From IMG/VR virus record IMGVR_UViG_3300045988_118131: 64,000 nt of DNA. The stretch is one strand, 5' to 3'. The stretch is from a virus. Under the pieces are notes generated by a model, which was given only the letters and a program-made list of their open reading frames with translations, made no database searches and was not told where the DNA came from. Position numbers and translations under genes: made by a program. Positions 15,291-23,485 of this stretch are shown piece by piece; position 1 is the first letter of the stretch; the number at the start of each line of letters is the position of its first letter.

Positions 15291-15368
15291 GGCTCGCTAG
15301 CTCAATAGGATTAGAGCAACAGCCTTCTAAGCTGTAGGTTCTGCGTTCGAATCGCAGGCGAGTCACCA
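15291..15368 (+). tRNA. tRNA-Arg (anticodon TCT), CCA encoded
   Basis: ggctcgc/gcgagtc, gctc..gagc, acagc-ctTCTaa-gctgt, ctgcg-ttcgaat-cgcag, then ACCA. Confidence 0.9.
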
Positions 15369-15385
15369 TTTAAAAGGAATATTAT

Positions 15386-15724
15386 ATGAGAATTACTTCA
15401 GAAGAATATACTCAACTAATTAATAAGTTGAAAAATTTAAAATCTTCATATTTAGATTCTCCGCTCCAATTTGGAAAATATAAAGGGAGAACTTTAAGAT
15501 GGATAAAATCTTATGATTTGCAATACATATATTGGTTAGCTGATAATACAGATTTCCCTATAGATTTAAATCTTCTTGATTTGCCAGAAAATAATACTTT
15601 TAAGCAAAATATTAGTAAAGAAATTTCTGCTGATATAGAAGATACCTTTATAAGGGACTGTCGCATAGAAAGAGAGCAATCTCAAATTGAAGCCTACAGA
15701 AGAGAACACGGTCATGGCTGGTAA
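15386..15724 (+). CDS. hypothetical protein, DUF3820-like motif (112 aa)
   Basis: FGKYKGRTLRWIKSYDLQYIYWL resembles the FGKYKG...YLxWL motif. Confidence 0.45.
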   Translation: MRITSEEYTQLINKLKNLKSSYLDSPLQFGKYKGRTLRWIKSYDLQYIYWLADNTDFPIDLNLLDLPENNTFKQNISKEISADIEDTFIRDCRIEREQSQIEAYRREHGHGW

Positions 15725-15861
15725 AATATTTCCTTCTACGCCTCTCTAAATTTGGATATTGATGCGCACCGAGAGGAGGAGTTCTTTCCTATCAACGACC
15801 AAAGTAGGAGATAGGTTGAGATACTGCTAATATAGTCGGCTATTAGTATGGATCTCGTAAT

Positions 15862-15933
15862 GGAGGAGTAGCTCAATGGTAGAGCGCAGGTTTGAAGAAC
15901 CTGGCGTTGGGGGTTCAATTCCCTCCTTCTCCA
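15862..15933 (+). tRNA. tRNA-Phe (anticodon GAA)
   Basis: ggaggag/cttctcc, gctc..gagc, caggt-ttGAAga-acctg, ggggg-ttcaatt-ccctc. Confidence 0.85.
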
Positions 15934-15940
15934 CAATTTA

Positions 15941-16013
15941 GCGGGATTGGTGTTAATGGTTAGCATACGACTCTTCCAAAGTCAAGGAGACAGTTCGAGT
16001 CTGTTATCCCGCA
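15941..16013 (+). tRNA. tRNA-Gly (anticodon TCC)
   Basis: gcgggat/atcccgc; anticodon loop ctTCCaa; T arm gacag-ttcgagt-ctgtt. Confidence 0.8.
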
Positions 16014-16037
16014 CAAGTCTATAAAACTACTTGAAGT

Positions 16038-16385
16038 ATGAGAAATCTAGAGGAATTAGTAAAAGATAATATAGAATTTATAAATTCTATGAGTTGTGAA
16101 AAGTGGATTGAATTATTAAAGTCTATAGCTATATCAATATTACCTTTTTATGGTAGTGATAAAAATATAGAAGCAATAAAAAACATCAAATGTATTTCTA
16201 TTCACTATAATGAGCATGGACTAAGTGAGATTCAATTGACAACTAGTAAGCTAGATTATGAGGATTTTGAAATAAAATTAAATAATGTAGGAATAAAAAT
16301 ATCTCAACAAAGAGGACATTCTAATTTTGAAGAATATTGCTTCATTCCAATTGAAGCATTTAGAATAGTAAATAAGGAAGTATAA
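16038..16385 (+). CDS. hypothetical protein (115 aa)
   Basis: ATG ORF; the last 10 nt overlap the next tRNA. Confidence 0.6.
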   Translation: MRNLEELVKDNIEFINSMSCEKWIELLKSIAISILPFYGSDKNIEAIKNIKCISIHYNEHGLSEIQLTTSKLDYEDFEIKLNNVGIKISQQRGHSNFEEYCFIPIEAFRIVNKEV

Positions 16386-16467
16386 GCCTAATTGGTAAGG
16401 CAGTAGTCTTGAAAACTACTAGTAATCGTGTAAAAGCGGTGTGCCAGTTCGAGTCTGGCTGCTTCCT
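16376..16467 (+). tRNA. tRNA-Ser (anticodon TGA, reads UCA)
   Basis: Type II; ggaagta/tgcttcc, gtagt-ctTGAaa-actac, long variable arm, gccag-ttcgagt-ctggc. Confidence 0.8.
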
Positions 16468-16483
16468 CTATAAATTTTATATC

Positions 16484-16750
16484 ATGAGTAGAAGTTTTCA
16501 TCAAAGACATCGAGATTCTCACCATAATAAAAGTCCTAGAGAGATTTTGGCTATAGAAAAAAGAAATGGAGTGAATCGTATCATTTGGAGAAATAGGAAA
16601 ATTAAACCCTATGGTAGAAAAGATTTCATTGGATATGGGGAAGAAACATATCTTAAAAAATATGGGGAGTATTTTGCTCCTGTAATTGACAAGAAACGAG
16701 AAAGAAGAAGGGCAAAACAACAAATTCTTATAGAATTAAGTTTTGACTAA
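16484..16750 (+). CDS. small basic protein (88 aa)
   Basis: First ATG downstream of the tRNA within track ORF 16409..16750; Arg/Lys/His-rich. Confidence 0.55.
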   Translation: MSRSFHQRHRDSHHNKSPREILAIEKRNGVNRIIWRNRKIKPYGRKDFIGYGEETYLKKYGEYFAPVIDKKRERRRAKQQILIELSFD

Positions 16751-16754
16751 ACTT

Positions 16755-16826
16755 GTCGGGTTGACCGAGTGGCTTAGGTACTGGTCTGCAAAACCAGGTA
16801 CAGCGGTTCGAATCCGCTACCCGATT
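16755..16826 (+). tRNA. tRNA-Cys (anticodon GCA)
   Basis: gtcgggt/acccgat, ctggt-ctGCAaa-accag, agcgg-ttcgaat-ccgct. Confidence 0.8.
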
Positions 16827-16839
16827 CTAATAAAAACAT

Positions 16840-16911
16840 ACGTCGGTGGCATGATTGGGAAGCAACGGTCTCCAAAACCGTGATATGAAGGTTCGAATCC
16901 TTCACGGCGTG
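16840..16911 (+). tRNA. tRNA-Trp (anticodon CCA)
   Basis: acggt-ctCCAaa-accgt, gaagg-ttcgaat-ccttc; acceptor has one mismatch, weak D stem. Confidence 0.65.
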
Positions 16912-16927
16912 CTACAATTATAAATAA

Positions 16928-16999
16928 GGGCCGGTAGCATAATTGGGAATGCGCTAGTTTTGCACACTGGAAGATCGGGTTCGAGTCCCGCCGTGTCCA
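16928..16999 (+). tRNA. tRNA-Ala (anticodon TGC)
   Basis: G3-U70 pair, D arm gcat..atgc, ctagt-ttTGCac-actgg; two acceptor mismatches and one T-stem mismatch. Confidence 0.55.
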
Positions 17000-17008
17000 C
17001 AACTTTTT

Positions 17009-17093
17009 GGAGAGATGGCTGAGTGGTCTAAAGCACTGCACTGCTAACGCAGCGAGGGTAACACCTCCGTTGGTTCGAATCCAACTCTCTCCG
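17009..17093 (+). tRNA. tRNA-Ser (anticodon GCT)
   Basis: Type II; ggagaga/tctctcc, loop ctGCTaa, long variable arm, gttgg-ttcgaat-ccaac. Confidence 0.8.
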
Positions 17094-17114
17094 CAATCTA
17101 ATTTACTATATTAT

Positions 17115-17444
17115 ATGAATAGAGCAGAGAGAAGAAAACTTAAAGAGTTAAAGTTTAAGAAACGTCTTAAATTTTGGGCAAATTTAAAGTATCCAGTAAA
17201 AGAAAATAGTGAATGGAGGGCAGCAAAGTCTTGGACAGAGCTTAAAGATCATCATGAATTTAGAGACCAGTCTACTGGATATAAACGCAATGATAAAGAA
17301 TACAATCAGAAGCGTGTAAGAAAGATGGCATTTAAACTAGCTCAAAATGAATTGGAAGACATTAACTATTTCTTAGAAGATGATTTTTATTCATATTATA
17401 AAGTAAATATGAAAGCAAGAACTAATAAGAAGACTTGGAGATAG
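17115..17444 (+). CDS. small basic protein (109 aa)
   Basis: First ATG after the tRNA in track ORF 17007..17444; RAERRKLKELKFKKRLK. Confidence 0.55.
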   Translation: MNRAERRKLKELKFKKRLKFWANLKYPVKENSEWRAAKSWTELKDHHEFRDQSTGYKRNDKEYNQKRVRKMAFKLAQNELEDINYFLEDDFYSYYKVNMKARTNKKTWR

Positions 17445-17486
17445 TCTTCTTTTAAATGGTTAAACTTGAAAATTAATAGAATTAAA

Positions 17487-17580
17487 GGAAGGGTAACGGC
17501 AGCAGACTGTAAATCTGCCCTGCTTTAACAAATTGTCGTATCGGAATCGCAGTAGGTGGGTTCGAGTCCCACCCCTTCCA
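17487..17580 (+). tRNA. tRNA-Tyr-like (anticodon GTA) lacking a D arm, with about 37-nt variable region
   Basis: ggaaggg/cccttcc, gcaga-ctGTAaa-tctgc, gtggg-ttcgagt-cccac. Only 8 nt lie between the acceptor and anticodon stems, and 37 nt between the anticodon stem and the T arm. Confidence 0.45.
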
Positions 17581-17622
17581 CATAATACAGAAATATTCAT
17601 CTCAACACACATTTGGTTTATT

Positions 17623-17799
17623 ATGGAAGAGAAATTAGACTTAATTATTCAAAAATTGGATGAGTTACTTGTATTAACCAAACGTATTCACCGAGATACA
17701 GAACCATCTATTGAAAATAATACATCTGAATATTTATTAAATGTGTTAGGTGATGTTACTGGTGACGTTATAATGCAAGGTTTAACTGGAAGTAGATAG
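17623..17799 (+). CDS. small hypothetical protein (58 aa)
   Basis: First ATG after the tRNA in track ORF 17533..17799. Confidence 0.45.
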   Translation: MEEKLDLIIQKLDELLVLTKRIHRDTEPSIENNTSEYLLNVLGDVTGDVIMQGLTGSR

Positions 17800-17805
17800 T
17801 AGAAC

Positions 17806-18342
17806 GGGCTTGCCTGGTTTTGACAGGTAATTACAAATTATAAGGACGTGTAGAGTTTGTACCAACTCTTTAAAAATGATACACAATTTTAAGTGGCAAC
17901 ACTGAAGTAAGAATGGCAGCGTAAGCTGTGGCTTGTCAATAAGTATATTGATTAAAGTCGGGTTAACGGAGAAGACCTAGAAACAGAAGAGGTGTGGGAA
18001 GAAGCGTATAAAGCAGCCCACTTAACTTGAACGCCAAAGGTTAGTAGAGCTGAGATTCTCCACAATGTGTATGGTAGAGACGCAAGGGCTATGCCTAAAA
18101 GTACTACTCGTTCTCCAACGTAAATGGAGTGGTGGAAAGCTGACTTCGGTCAGCCCATAGTTTGATAGTTTGTTGTATAGTTAAGCGGAAAGGTGCTAGA
18201 TGAGTCCGCTTGCAAAGAATCTAGCTCTTCTATGAAAACTATCTAAATGCTAGAACTCACTAGCTGATGTAATAAAAATGAGACACACGTTATCCTTGTA
18301 ATAAGGATTGTCTGGACGGCGGTTCGATTCCGCCCAAGTCCA
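17806..18342 (+). ncRNA. ssrA: tmRNA (SsrA), about 537 nt; predicted tag (A)GNTEVRMAA
   Basis: 5' GGGCTTGCCTGGTTTTGACAGG; 3' GGCGG-TTCGATT-CCGCC then CAAGTCCA. These form a 7-bp acceptor with a G3-U70 pair. Internal frame GGC AAC ACT GAA GTA AGA ATG GCA GCG TAA at 17895..17924. Confidence 0.75.
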
Positions 18343-18380
18343 CTTAACATCAGATTAAAAATAAGATAAACAAATAAGTT

Positions 18381-18914
18381 ATGGAATCTAGATTATTGCC
18401 CAATTACAAGACTGTAGGAAATGAAGAAATAAGTTATCCTACTTATTCTAAATTAAGTGCTTTTATGATAGAACGTGAGACTAACTATATTTCATCTATT
18501 GTAGATGTGTTAATAAAGAAAGTCCCTCAAAATAAACCAATAAAATTTCTAGTTAGAGGAATGTCTATGGCTATCCTAACTGGAAGTGTGGCATATCATT
18601 TAAGATGTAAAGGTAGGGCATGTAAAATTGATATTTTAAGAAAAAAGGGAGATGATTCTCATATGGGTGTACACTTTGAGGACAATGAGTCGTATATAGT
18701 CGATCCTGACTATGTTTATGTTGTAGTTGACGACCTAGTAGCTTCTGGAGACACCGTCCGAAAACTTGGAAGTCTGGTAAAGTTCAATTATCGCAAAAGA
18801 AAATTGGATTTTCTCTTTGTTTCTTCTATTTATTGTAGGGGAGAGTCTGAAGTAAAGTATTGGTCTAAGTATTATAAATATGTGTATAGTAATCGTATAA
18901 TAGAAACTAAATAG
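18381..18914 (+). CDS. phosphoribosyltransferase-like protein (177 aa)
   Basis: VYVVVDDLVASGDTVRKL matches the PRPP-binding motif of type I PRTases. Confidence 0.45.
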   Translation: MESRLLPNYKTVGNEEISYPTYSKLSAFMIERETNYISSIVDVLIKKVPQNKPIKFLVRGMSMAILTGSVAYHLRCKGRACKIDILRKKGDDSHMGVHFEDNESYIVDPDYVYVVVDDLVASGDTVRKLGSLVKFNYRKRKLDFLFVSSIYCRGESEVKYWSKYYKYVYSNRIIETK

Positions 18915-18925
18915 TTTCCAGTGTG

Positions 18926-18999
18926 GATCTTGTAGCTCAGTTGGTTAGAGCTCGATACTTTTAATATCGGGGTCGACAGTTCGAATCTGTCCGAGATCA
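18926..18999 (+). tRNA. tRNA-Lys (anticodon TTT)
   Basis: gatcttg/cgagatc, gctc..gagc, cgata-ctTTTaa-tatcg, gacag-ttcgaat-ctgtc. Confidence 0.9.
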
Positions 19000-19051
19000 C
19001 ATAATCAAGATAAACATTGGGTATCATCCCAATATCATATGTGTGTTAGTG

Positions 19052-19089
19052 ATGCCAGTCGTTCGCGAGAATAATTGGCATTTTTTTTA
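19052..19089 (+). terminator. rho-independent terminator closing the tRNA region
   Basis: atgcca...tggcat stem followed by T8. Confidence 0.7.
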
Positions 19090-19115
19090 TGTGAAATTTT
19101 AAAGATAAACAAAAT

Positions 19116-19841
19116 ATGGCAAGATTAAGTGATTTACAAAAGTTCTTAGTTTCAAAAAATCCTAACAAAATTCAAGAATCAAAAACTTCAAGTAGTGTTT
19201 ATTATTACTTTGAAAGTTGCATTATTAGAGTTTCTGATCATTTGGATAATAAGTTGCAACTGAATCCTAATTATATGAACATTGTTTGTTCTAACAATAA
19301 GGAATTTGTAGTTTCTGTTCAGGGAAGGGTATTAGCAATACCATATAAAGAGATTAAAGAGCTTATATTAGGGTATATAACTTTTAGTTATATTAGGAAT
19401 TTAGAACGTTCTGACTTAAAACTTACCCATACTTATAAAGATGAATATTTTGAACTTTTGAAAAGATTTGATGAATTGTCTGTTTCTTTAGAGAAAGTGA
19501 ATAAAGAATATGTTATATTGAAGAATAAGCAAATTGATGATATTCATTCTCATCAGAAAATAATTAAGGAGCTTACTGAAAGCTACAAAAATATTTCTAA
19601 TCACTTTATAAAGAAATCAGAAACATTGGAATCAAAAACTAATGAATGCAAAAATCTTACTAAGAAATTAAAGGATGCTAATATGGCTTTGACAAGTGCA
19701 GAACATATAGCAAAAATAAATTTAGAGAAAGTTGATAAATTAACGAAGGAAAAGAATGAGCTAATGAAGGAAAATGAAGAACTTAGTGAGAGAATAAAAG
19801 CTATAAGTAACAAAGTGTCGGATTTAATTTCGGATTTATAA
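19116..19841 (+). CDS. coiled-coil protein (241 aa)
   Basis: C-terminal half is K/E/L-rich and heptad-like. Confidence 0.65.
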   Translation: MARLSDLQKFLVSKNPNKIQESKTSSSVYYYFESCIIRVSDHLDNKLQLNPNYMNIVCSNNKEFVVSVQGRVLAIPYKEIKELILGYITFSYIRNLERSDLKLTHTYKDEYFELLKRFDELSVSLEKVNKEYVILKNKQIDDIHSHQKIIKELTESYKNISNHFIKKSETLESKTNECKNLTKKLKDANMALTSAEHIAKINLEKVDKLTKEKNELMKENEELSERIKAISNKVSDLISDL

Positions 19842-19843
19842 AG

Positions 19844-20149
19844 ATGGGATTAATTGATAAAGTCACAGCCGTTTCTAAAAAGATTAAAAACAATAGAGAT
19901 ATTAAAGATGTTTCTATAAAATTAGGCGAGGAATGCGGTGAAGTACAGGGAGTAGTAAGTATAATGACTGGATTATCTTCCTACAAAGAGGTTAAGAATA
20001 ATGACTTAGTTGATGAACTCGTGGATGTGTTTATCAATATAGTGGATATTGGTTTTATTTTTTATGGAAAAAGATTTAGAAATCTGTTTCATAGAAGATT
20101 GAGATTGAAACTTAAAAAATGGGAAGAAAAATACCAACTACAACAGTAA
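19844..20149 (+). CDS. mazG: MazG-like nucleotide pyrophosphohydrolase
   Basis: LGEECGEV ... DELVDVFINIVDI (EExxE/D motif pattern). Confidence 0.6.
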   Translation: MGLIDKVTAVSKKIKNNRDIKDVSIKLGEECGEVQGVVSIMTGLSSYKEVKNNDLVDELVDVFINIVDIGFIFYGKRFRNLFHRRLRLKLKKWEEKYQLQQ

Positions 20150-20559
20150 TGAATGAGTGGGTTTATAATAAATTAAATGAACTGTGTAGGGTACTCCACG
20201 ATAAATATACTATAAATTGGGGAGGGTGTGCCTTTGTAGCATATTGTATAGCTAGAAACTTATCGGAACGTAATATTCCATATAAAGTAGTGTTATTTGG
20301 AAGAATGACAGCAGAATATATGGTTAAAACTAGCTATGCTTGTAATCATGCTTCTATTATGGCAGAAGAGAAGTCTCTTATAAATCCCTATAGTATTTGT
20401 GGGATGAAAATTCCGGATGAAAGTATTGTAGACTTAACTCCAAAGGAGCTATTAGCATATTACAAAAATGCTAAAGGTTCTTGGAATAATGACTACGATG
20501 TAAAACTGAATTCAACCGTAAGTAGACAGATTAATAACTTTTTTAAAACTATATTTTAA
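20149..20559 (+). CDS. hypothetical protein (136 aa)
   Basis: ATG overlapping the preceding TAA (taATG). Confidence 0.55.
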   Translation: MNEWVYNKLNELCRVLHDKYTINWGGCAFVAYCIARNLSERNIPYKVVLFGRMTAEYMVKTSYACNHASIMAEEKSLINPYSICGMKIPDESIVDLTPKELLAYYKNAKGSWNNDYDVKLNSTVSRQINNFFKTIF

Positions 20560-20560
20560 T

Positions 20561-21877
20561 ATGAAGAAATTTTTATTGACATTTTTTATTGCATTCGTAT
20601 CTTTAATGACTTATGCTCAAGTAGACACATTGAAATTGATTCCTGGAAAGGAAATTATGTATGAATTGCAAATTGATACTGTAAAGTATGACTATCTAAA
20701 GAAAGTAGCTTGGTTTGCAGGATTTCCTGAAGTAGAAGCAACTTTTCAAGAGGGAAAGAAAACAGTATGTGCGACTCTAATCAAGGAAGACGATATTATA
20801 ACTTTAAATGGCAAGAGTTATTTATATCTAAAGAGTATTCCTAAAGACTGGTTTGAAGTAGCTACCTGGGAGGGAGCTCCACATCCAAGAACTATTACTT
20901 TATTTTATGGACATAGACTTTCGACTAAGTCTCCTGTAACTGATGAATTTGGAACGTGGTATAGTAGAAAGGATTTTGAAGGAATGACCCTTGATACCGT
21001 TACTGTAGCTCATATTCTTAAACCTTTAGATGGTATTAAGGATTTCTATATTAATGGAGAGCAGTCCAAAGCTAGTTATGATATTCAAATTGGAGACACT
21101 CTTGAAATTAAATTTGATGTAGAAGAACCAATGGATATTGATAACTATATGTTAGTTAAAGACGAAGATGCCATTAAAGTTTCGGAGCAAGATTCGTTTA
21201 TTTTAATTCCAACAGAATCAATAGAAGAAGTTGCGCCAGTAATTAGCAATGTTTTAGGGGATTATACAATAGAATCAAGAAAATTTAATATCAATGTATT
21301 TCCCAAATTTGCCATTGAAGAATTGTCTTATACAACCTTTAGAAAAGGGAATACAGAAAAGAAAGACTATACTAACACTCTGGAAATTAGTCCTGTTGTT
21401 TTAAATGGAGATTCAGTTGTTTTGGAAATCTTGACCAATGAAGATAAACTTGGACCATTTAAAAAGGAATCTTCCAAATTTTCTTGGAATAAAGATGGAA
21501 AAGATTTGAATGATTCTCTTTATATGGTAGAGGACTGTAAACTTATTATTCCTAAATACAATAAGGGGACTATGGATGGTAAGTATAATTGCATTGTTAC
21601 TAATGGTAAAATTACATTTACTGTAACATTTGATGTAACATCAAATTACCCAACCTCTAATGAGACTATAGATACTAACGATTTTAGAGTACTATGTCAA
21701 GATGGGCATGTGCTAATCAGCAATGCTGTTTCTAAACATTTAGTTATATCTGATACTTCTGGAAAAATGTTGGTAAATAAAGTAATTACATCTGATATGG
21801 AGCAAATTTCTGTTCCTAAAAATACTGTTCTATTTGTTACGATAGAAGGGAAAACTATTAAGACAGTTTCCAAGTAA
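20561..21877 (+). CDS. secreted protein with Ig-like region and T9SS-type C-terminal sorting domain
   Basis: Signal MKKFLLTFFIAFVSLMTYAQ; C-terminus HLVISDTSGKMLVNKVITSDMEQISVPKNTVLFVTIEGKTIKTVSK resembles the Por/T9SS CTD. Confidence 0.5.
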   Translation: MKKFLLTFFIAFVSLMTYAQVDTLKLIPGKEIMYELQIDTVKYDYLKKVAWFAGFPEVEATFQEGKKTVCATLIKEDDIITLNGKSYLYLKSIPKDWFEVATWEGAPHPRTITLFYGHRLSTKSPVTDEFGTWYSRKDFEGMTLDTVTVAHILKPLDGIKDFYINGEQSKASYDIQIGDTLEIKFDVEEPMDIDNYMLVKDEDAIKVSEQDSFILIPTESIEEVAPVISNVLGDYTIESRKFNINVFPKFAIEELSYTTFRKGNTEKKDYTNTLEISPVVLNGDSVVLEILTNEDKLGPFKKESSKFSWNKDGKDLNDSLYMVEDCKLIIPKYNKGTMDGKYNCIVTNGKITFTVTFDVTSNYPTSNETIDTNDFRVLCQDGHVLISNAVSKHLVISDTSGKMLVNKVITSDMEQISVPKNTVLFVTIEGKTIKTVSK

Positions 21878-21905
21878 TCTAATAATTATTCCTTAACTTT
21901 CTAAA

Positions 21906-22055
21906 ATGTACGAAATGATAATACCAATATTGTTACTAATATTAGGTGTTGTGTTCCTAAGAATTGATCCATATCTTGATATTAGTGACGATGGTATAAT
22001 CCTTTGGTACTCAACACTACTGGCAAATAAACGTAAATATATAAAACTTAAATAA
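21906..22055 (+). CDS. small membrane protein (49 aa)
   Basis: MYEMIIPILLLILGVVFLRI...; fills a gap. Confidence 0.4.
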   Translation: MYEMIIPILLLILGVVFLRIDPYLDISDDGIILWYSTLLANKRKYIKLK

Positions 22056-22056
22056 G

Positions 22057-22308
22057 ATGGCTAATATTTTATCAAAATCAGTAACTGCAAGTTCTTTAAA
22101 AGCAAAATCTTCTGGAATCCTGTCAGTTTTTTATAAGACTATTGATTCTTTGCAGGAAGTAGTCAAATCTGCTAAACAGGAAGCTGATATTAAGCAGCAA
22201 AATATTGATAGACTGGCTTTAGAGAAGGAAGAGCTTATGCAAGTTGCTCAAGAAAACGAAGCTATTGTTAGTAAACTTTCAAAACTATTAACTAATGAGT
22301 TGGAGTAA
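22057..22308 (+). CDS. coiled-coil protein (83 aa)
   Basis: ATG ORF from track. Confidence 0.55.
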   Translation: MANILSKSVTASSLKAKSSGILSVFYKTIDSLQEVVKSAKQEADIKQQNIDRLALEKEELMQVAQENEAIVSKLSKLLTNELE

Positions 22309-22936
22309 AATAGAAAAATACCTAAAGCCTGGAAACCTAGTTAAGTTTGATACAGATGAGTTGGGAATAATCCTTCCAGATGAAGAAACAGGCACTATAC
22401 GAGTATGTGGTGATGGAAACTCTTCTAGAGCATGGTATACCGAAGAAGGTTTAAGAGATAGATGTAATTCAATAGAAAAAATATGGGGACCTGCACCTAA
22501 TAGGTATGGAGTAAGTTTTGATACCGAACACAGAAGTCTTTTATATTCTATTTCAACTTTTGAAGTAGATGTATGCGAGAGAAAGAAAGTATTTGTAGGA
22601 GTTAGTAATAATGCCAGCGAAAAGGATATAGCTAGAGTTTTACAAATTATTGAGAAGGAAGGAAAAGAAGCTGTTTTTTGGAGTACAAGTAAATCTCCTA
22701 TAGTTAACTATGATATTTTATCCAAATGTCATGAGTTAATAATAGTTACTCCAGAAGGCTTTTGTAATGGCGGTTATGTGGGCAAAGGCTTAGACGAAAT
22801 GATCAGAACGGCTCTAGATAATTGCATTAAAATTAGAGTACTTGTTGAAAATAAACTTAGGAAGTTTAAGCGTTTAGTGAGCAACTACAAAGAAACAGGA
22901 AGTTACGTAAATTATTCTTTATTATTTGTTTTATGA
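22295..22936 (+). CDS. hypothetical protein (213 aa)
   Basis: ATG ORF; ends at TGA overlapping the next ATG. Confidence 0.65.
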   Translation: MSWSKIEKYLKPGNLVKFDTDELGIILPDEETGTIRVCGDGNSSRAWYTEEGLRDRCNSIEKIWGPAPNRYGVSFDTEHRSLLYSISTFEVDVCERKKVFVGVSNNASEKDIARVLQIIEKEGKEAVFWSTSKSPIVNYDILSKCHELIIVTPEGFCNGGYVGKGLDEMIRTALDNCIKIRVLVENKLRKFKRLVSNYKETGSYVNYSLLFVL

Positions 22937-23343
22937 CCGATTATACAATATTTACTGATGGGGCATATTCATTTGCTAGAAAGCAAGGTGGATGTGCCTT
23001 TATCATTTTAAATAGTAAAGGTAAAGAAGTTACGGAATATTCTAAATGCTTCGTCAATTGCACTAACAATCAAATGGAAATGATGGCTTGTATAATAGCT
23101 CTAGAGTCTATAAAAACTCCTTCTGAAATTCTAATTATGAGCGATTCTATGTATGTGATAGGAACATATACAAAGAACTGGAGAAGAAAAAAGAACCAAA
23201 AACTATGGGAAAGGTTTGATAAAGCTATAGCTTTTCACAAAAAGGTTGATTTTCAACACGTTAAGGGTCATGAAGACAATTTCTATAATAATAGGTGTGA
23301 CCAATTAGCGGTGGAGGCAACTAAGATTTGTTTAACTAAATAA
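22933..23343 (+). CDS. rnhA: ribonuclease HI
   Basis: TDGAY..GGCAF, NNQMEMMA, SDSMYV, KGHEDNFYNNRCDQLA place the DEDD catalytic residues as in RNase H. Confidence 0.75.
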   Translation: MTDYTIFTDGAYSFARKQGGCAFIILNSKGKEVTEYSKCFVNCTNNQMEMMACIIALESIKTPSEILIMSDSMYVIGTYTKNWRRKKNQKLWERFDKAIAFHKKVDFQHVKGHEDNFYNNRCDQLAVEATKICLTK

Positions 23344-23353
23344 ATAATTACAA

Positions 23354-23467
23354 ATGAAGTACAAGAAGAAATTAGCTTATTTGCAATCTCGCCAAGCATG
23401 GTGGGATAAACAGCCGAAGGATTATCAAGCAGCAACAACTAGACCAGGCTCTGTAAAAGTAAAATAA
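23354..23467 (+). CDS. small hypothetical protein (37 aa)
   Basis: ATG ORF MKYKKKLAYLQSRQAWWDKQ... Confidence 0.3.
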   Translation: MKYKKKLAYLQSRQAWWDKQPKDYQAATTRPGSVKVK

Positions 23468-23485
23468 AATAATAAATAGAAAAAC

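Noticed and set aside
16376-16467. tRNA with anticodon written TGA as a possible UGA suppressor. The same check was made for Leu(TAA) at 9256 and Leu(TAG) at 11905 as ochre or amber suppressors.
   Set aside because: Read 5'-3', anticodons UGA, UAA and UAG pair with UCA (Ser), UUA (Leu) and CUA (Leu). Suppressors would need UCA, UUA or CUA. The type II bodies fit Ser and Leu. No suppressor tRNA was found in this window.
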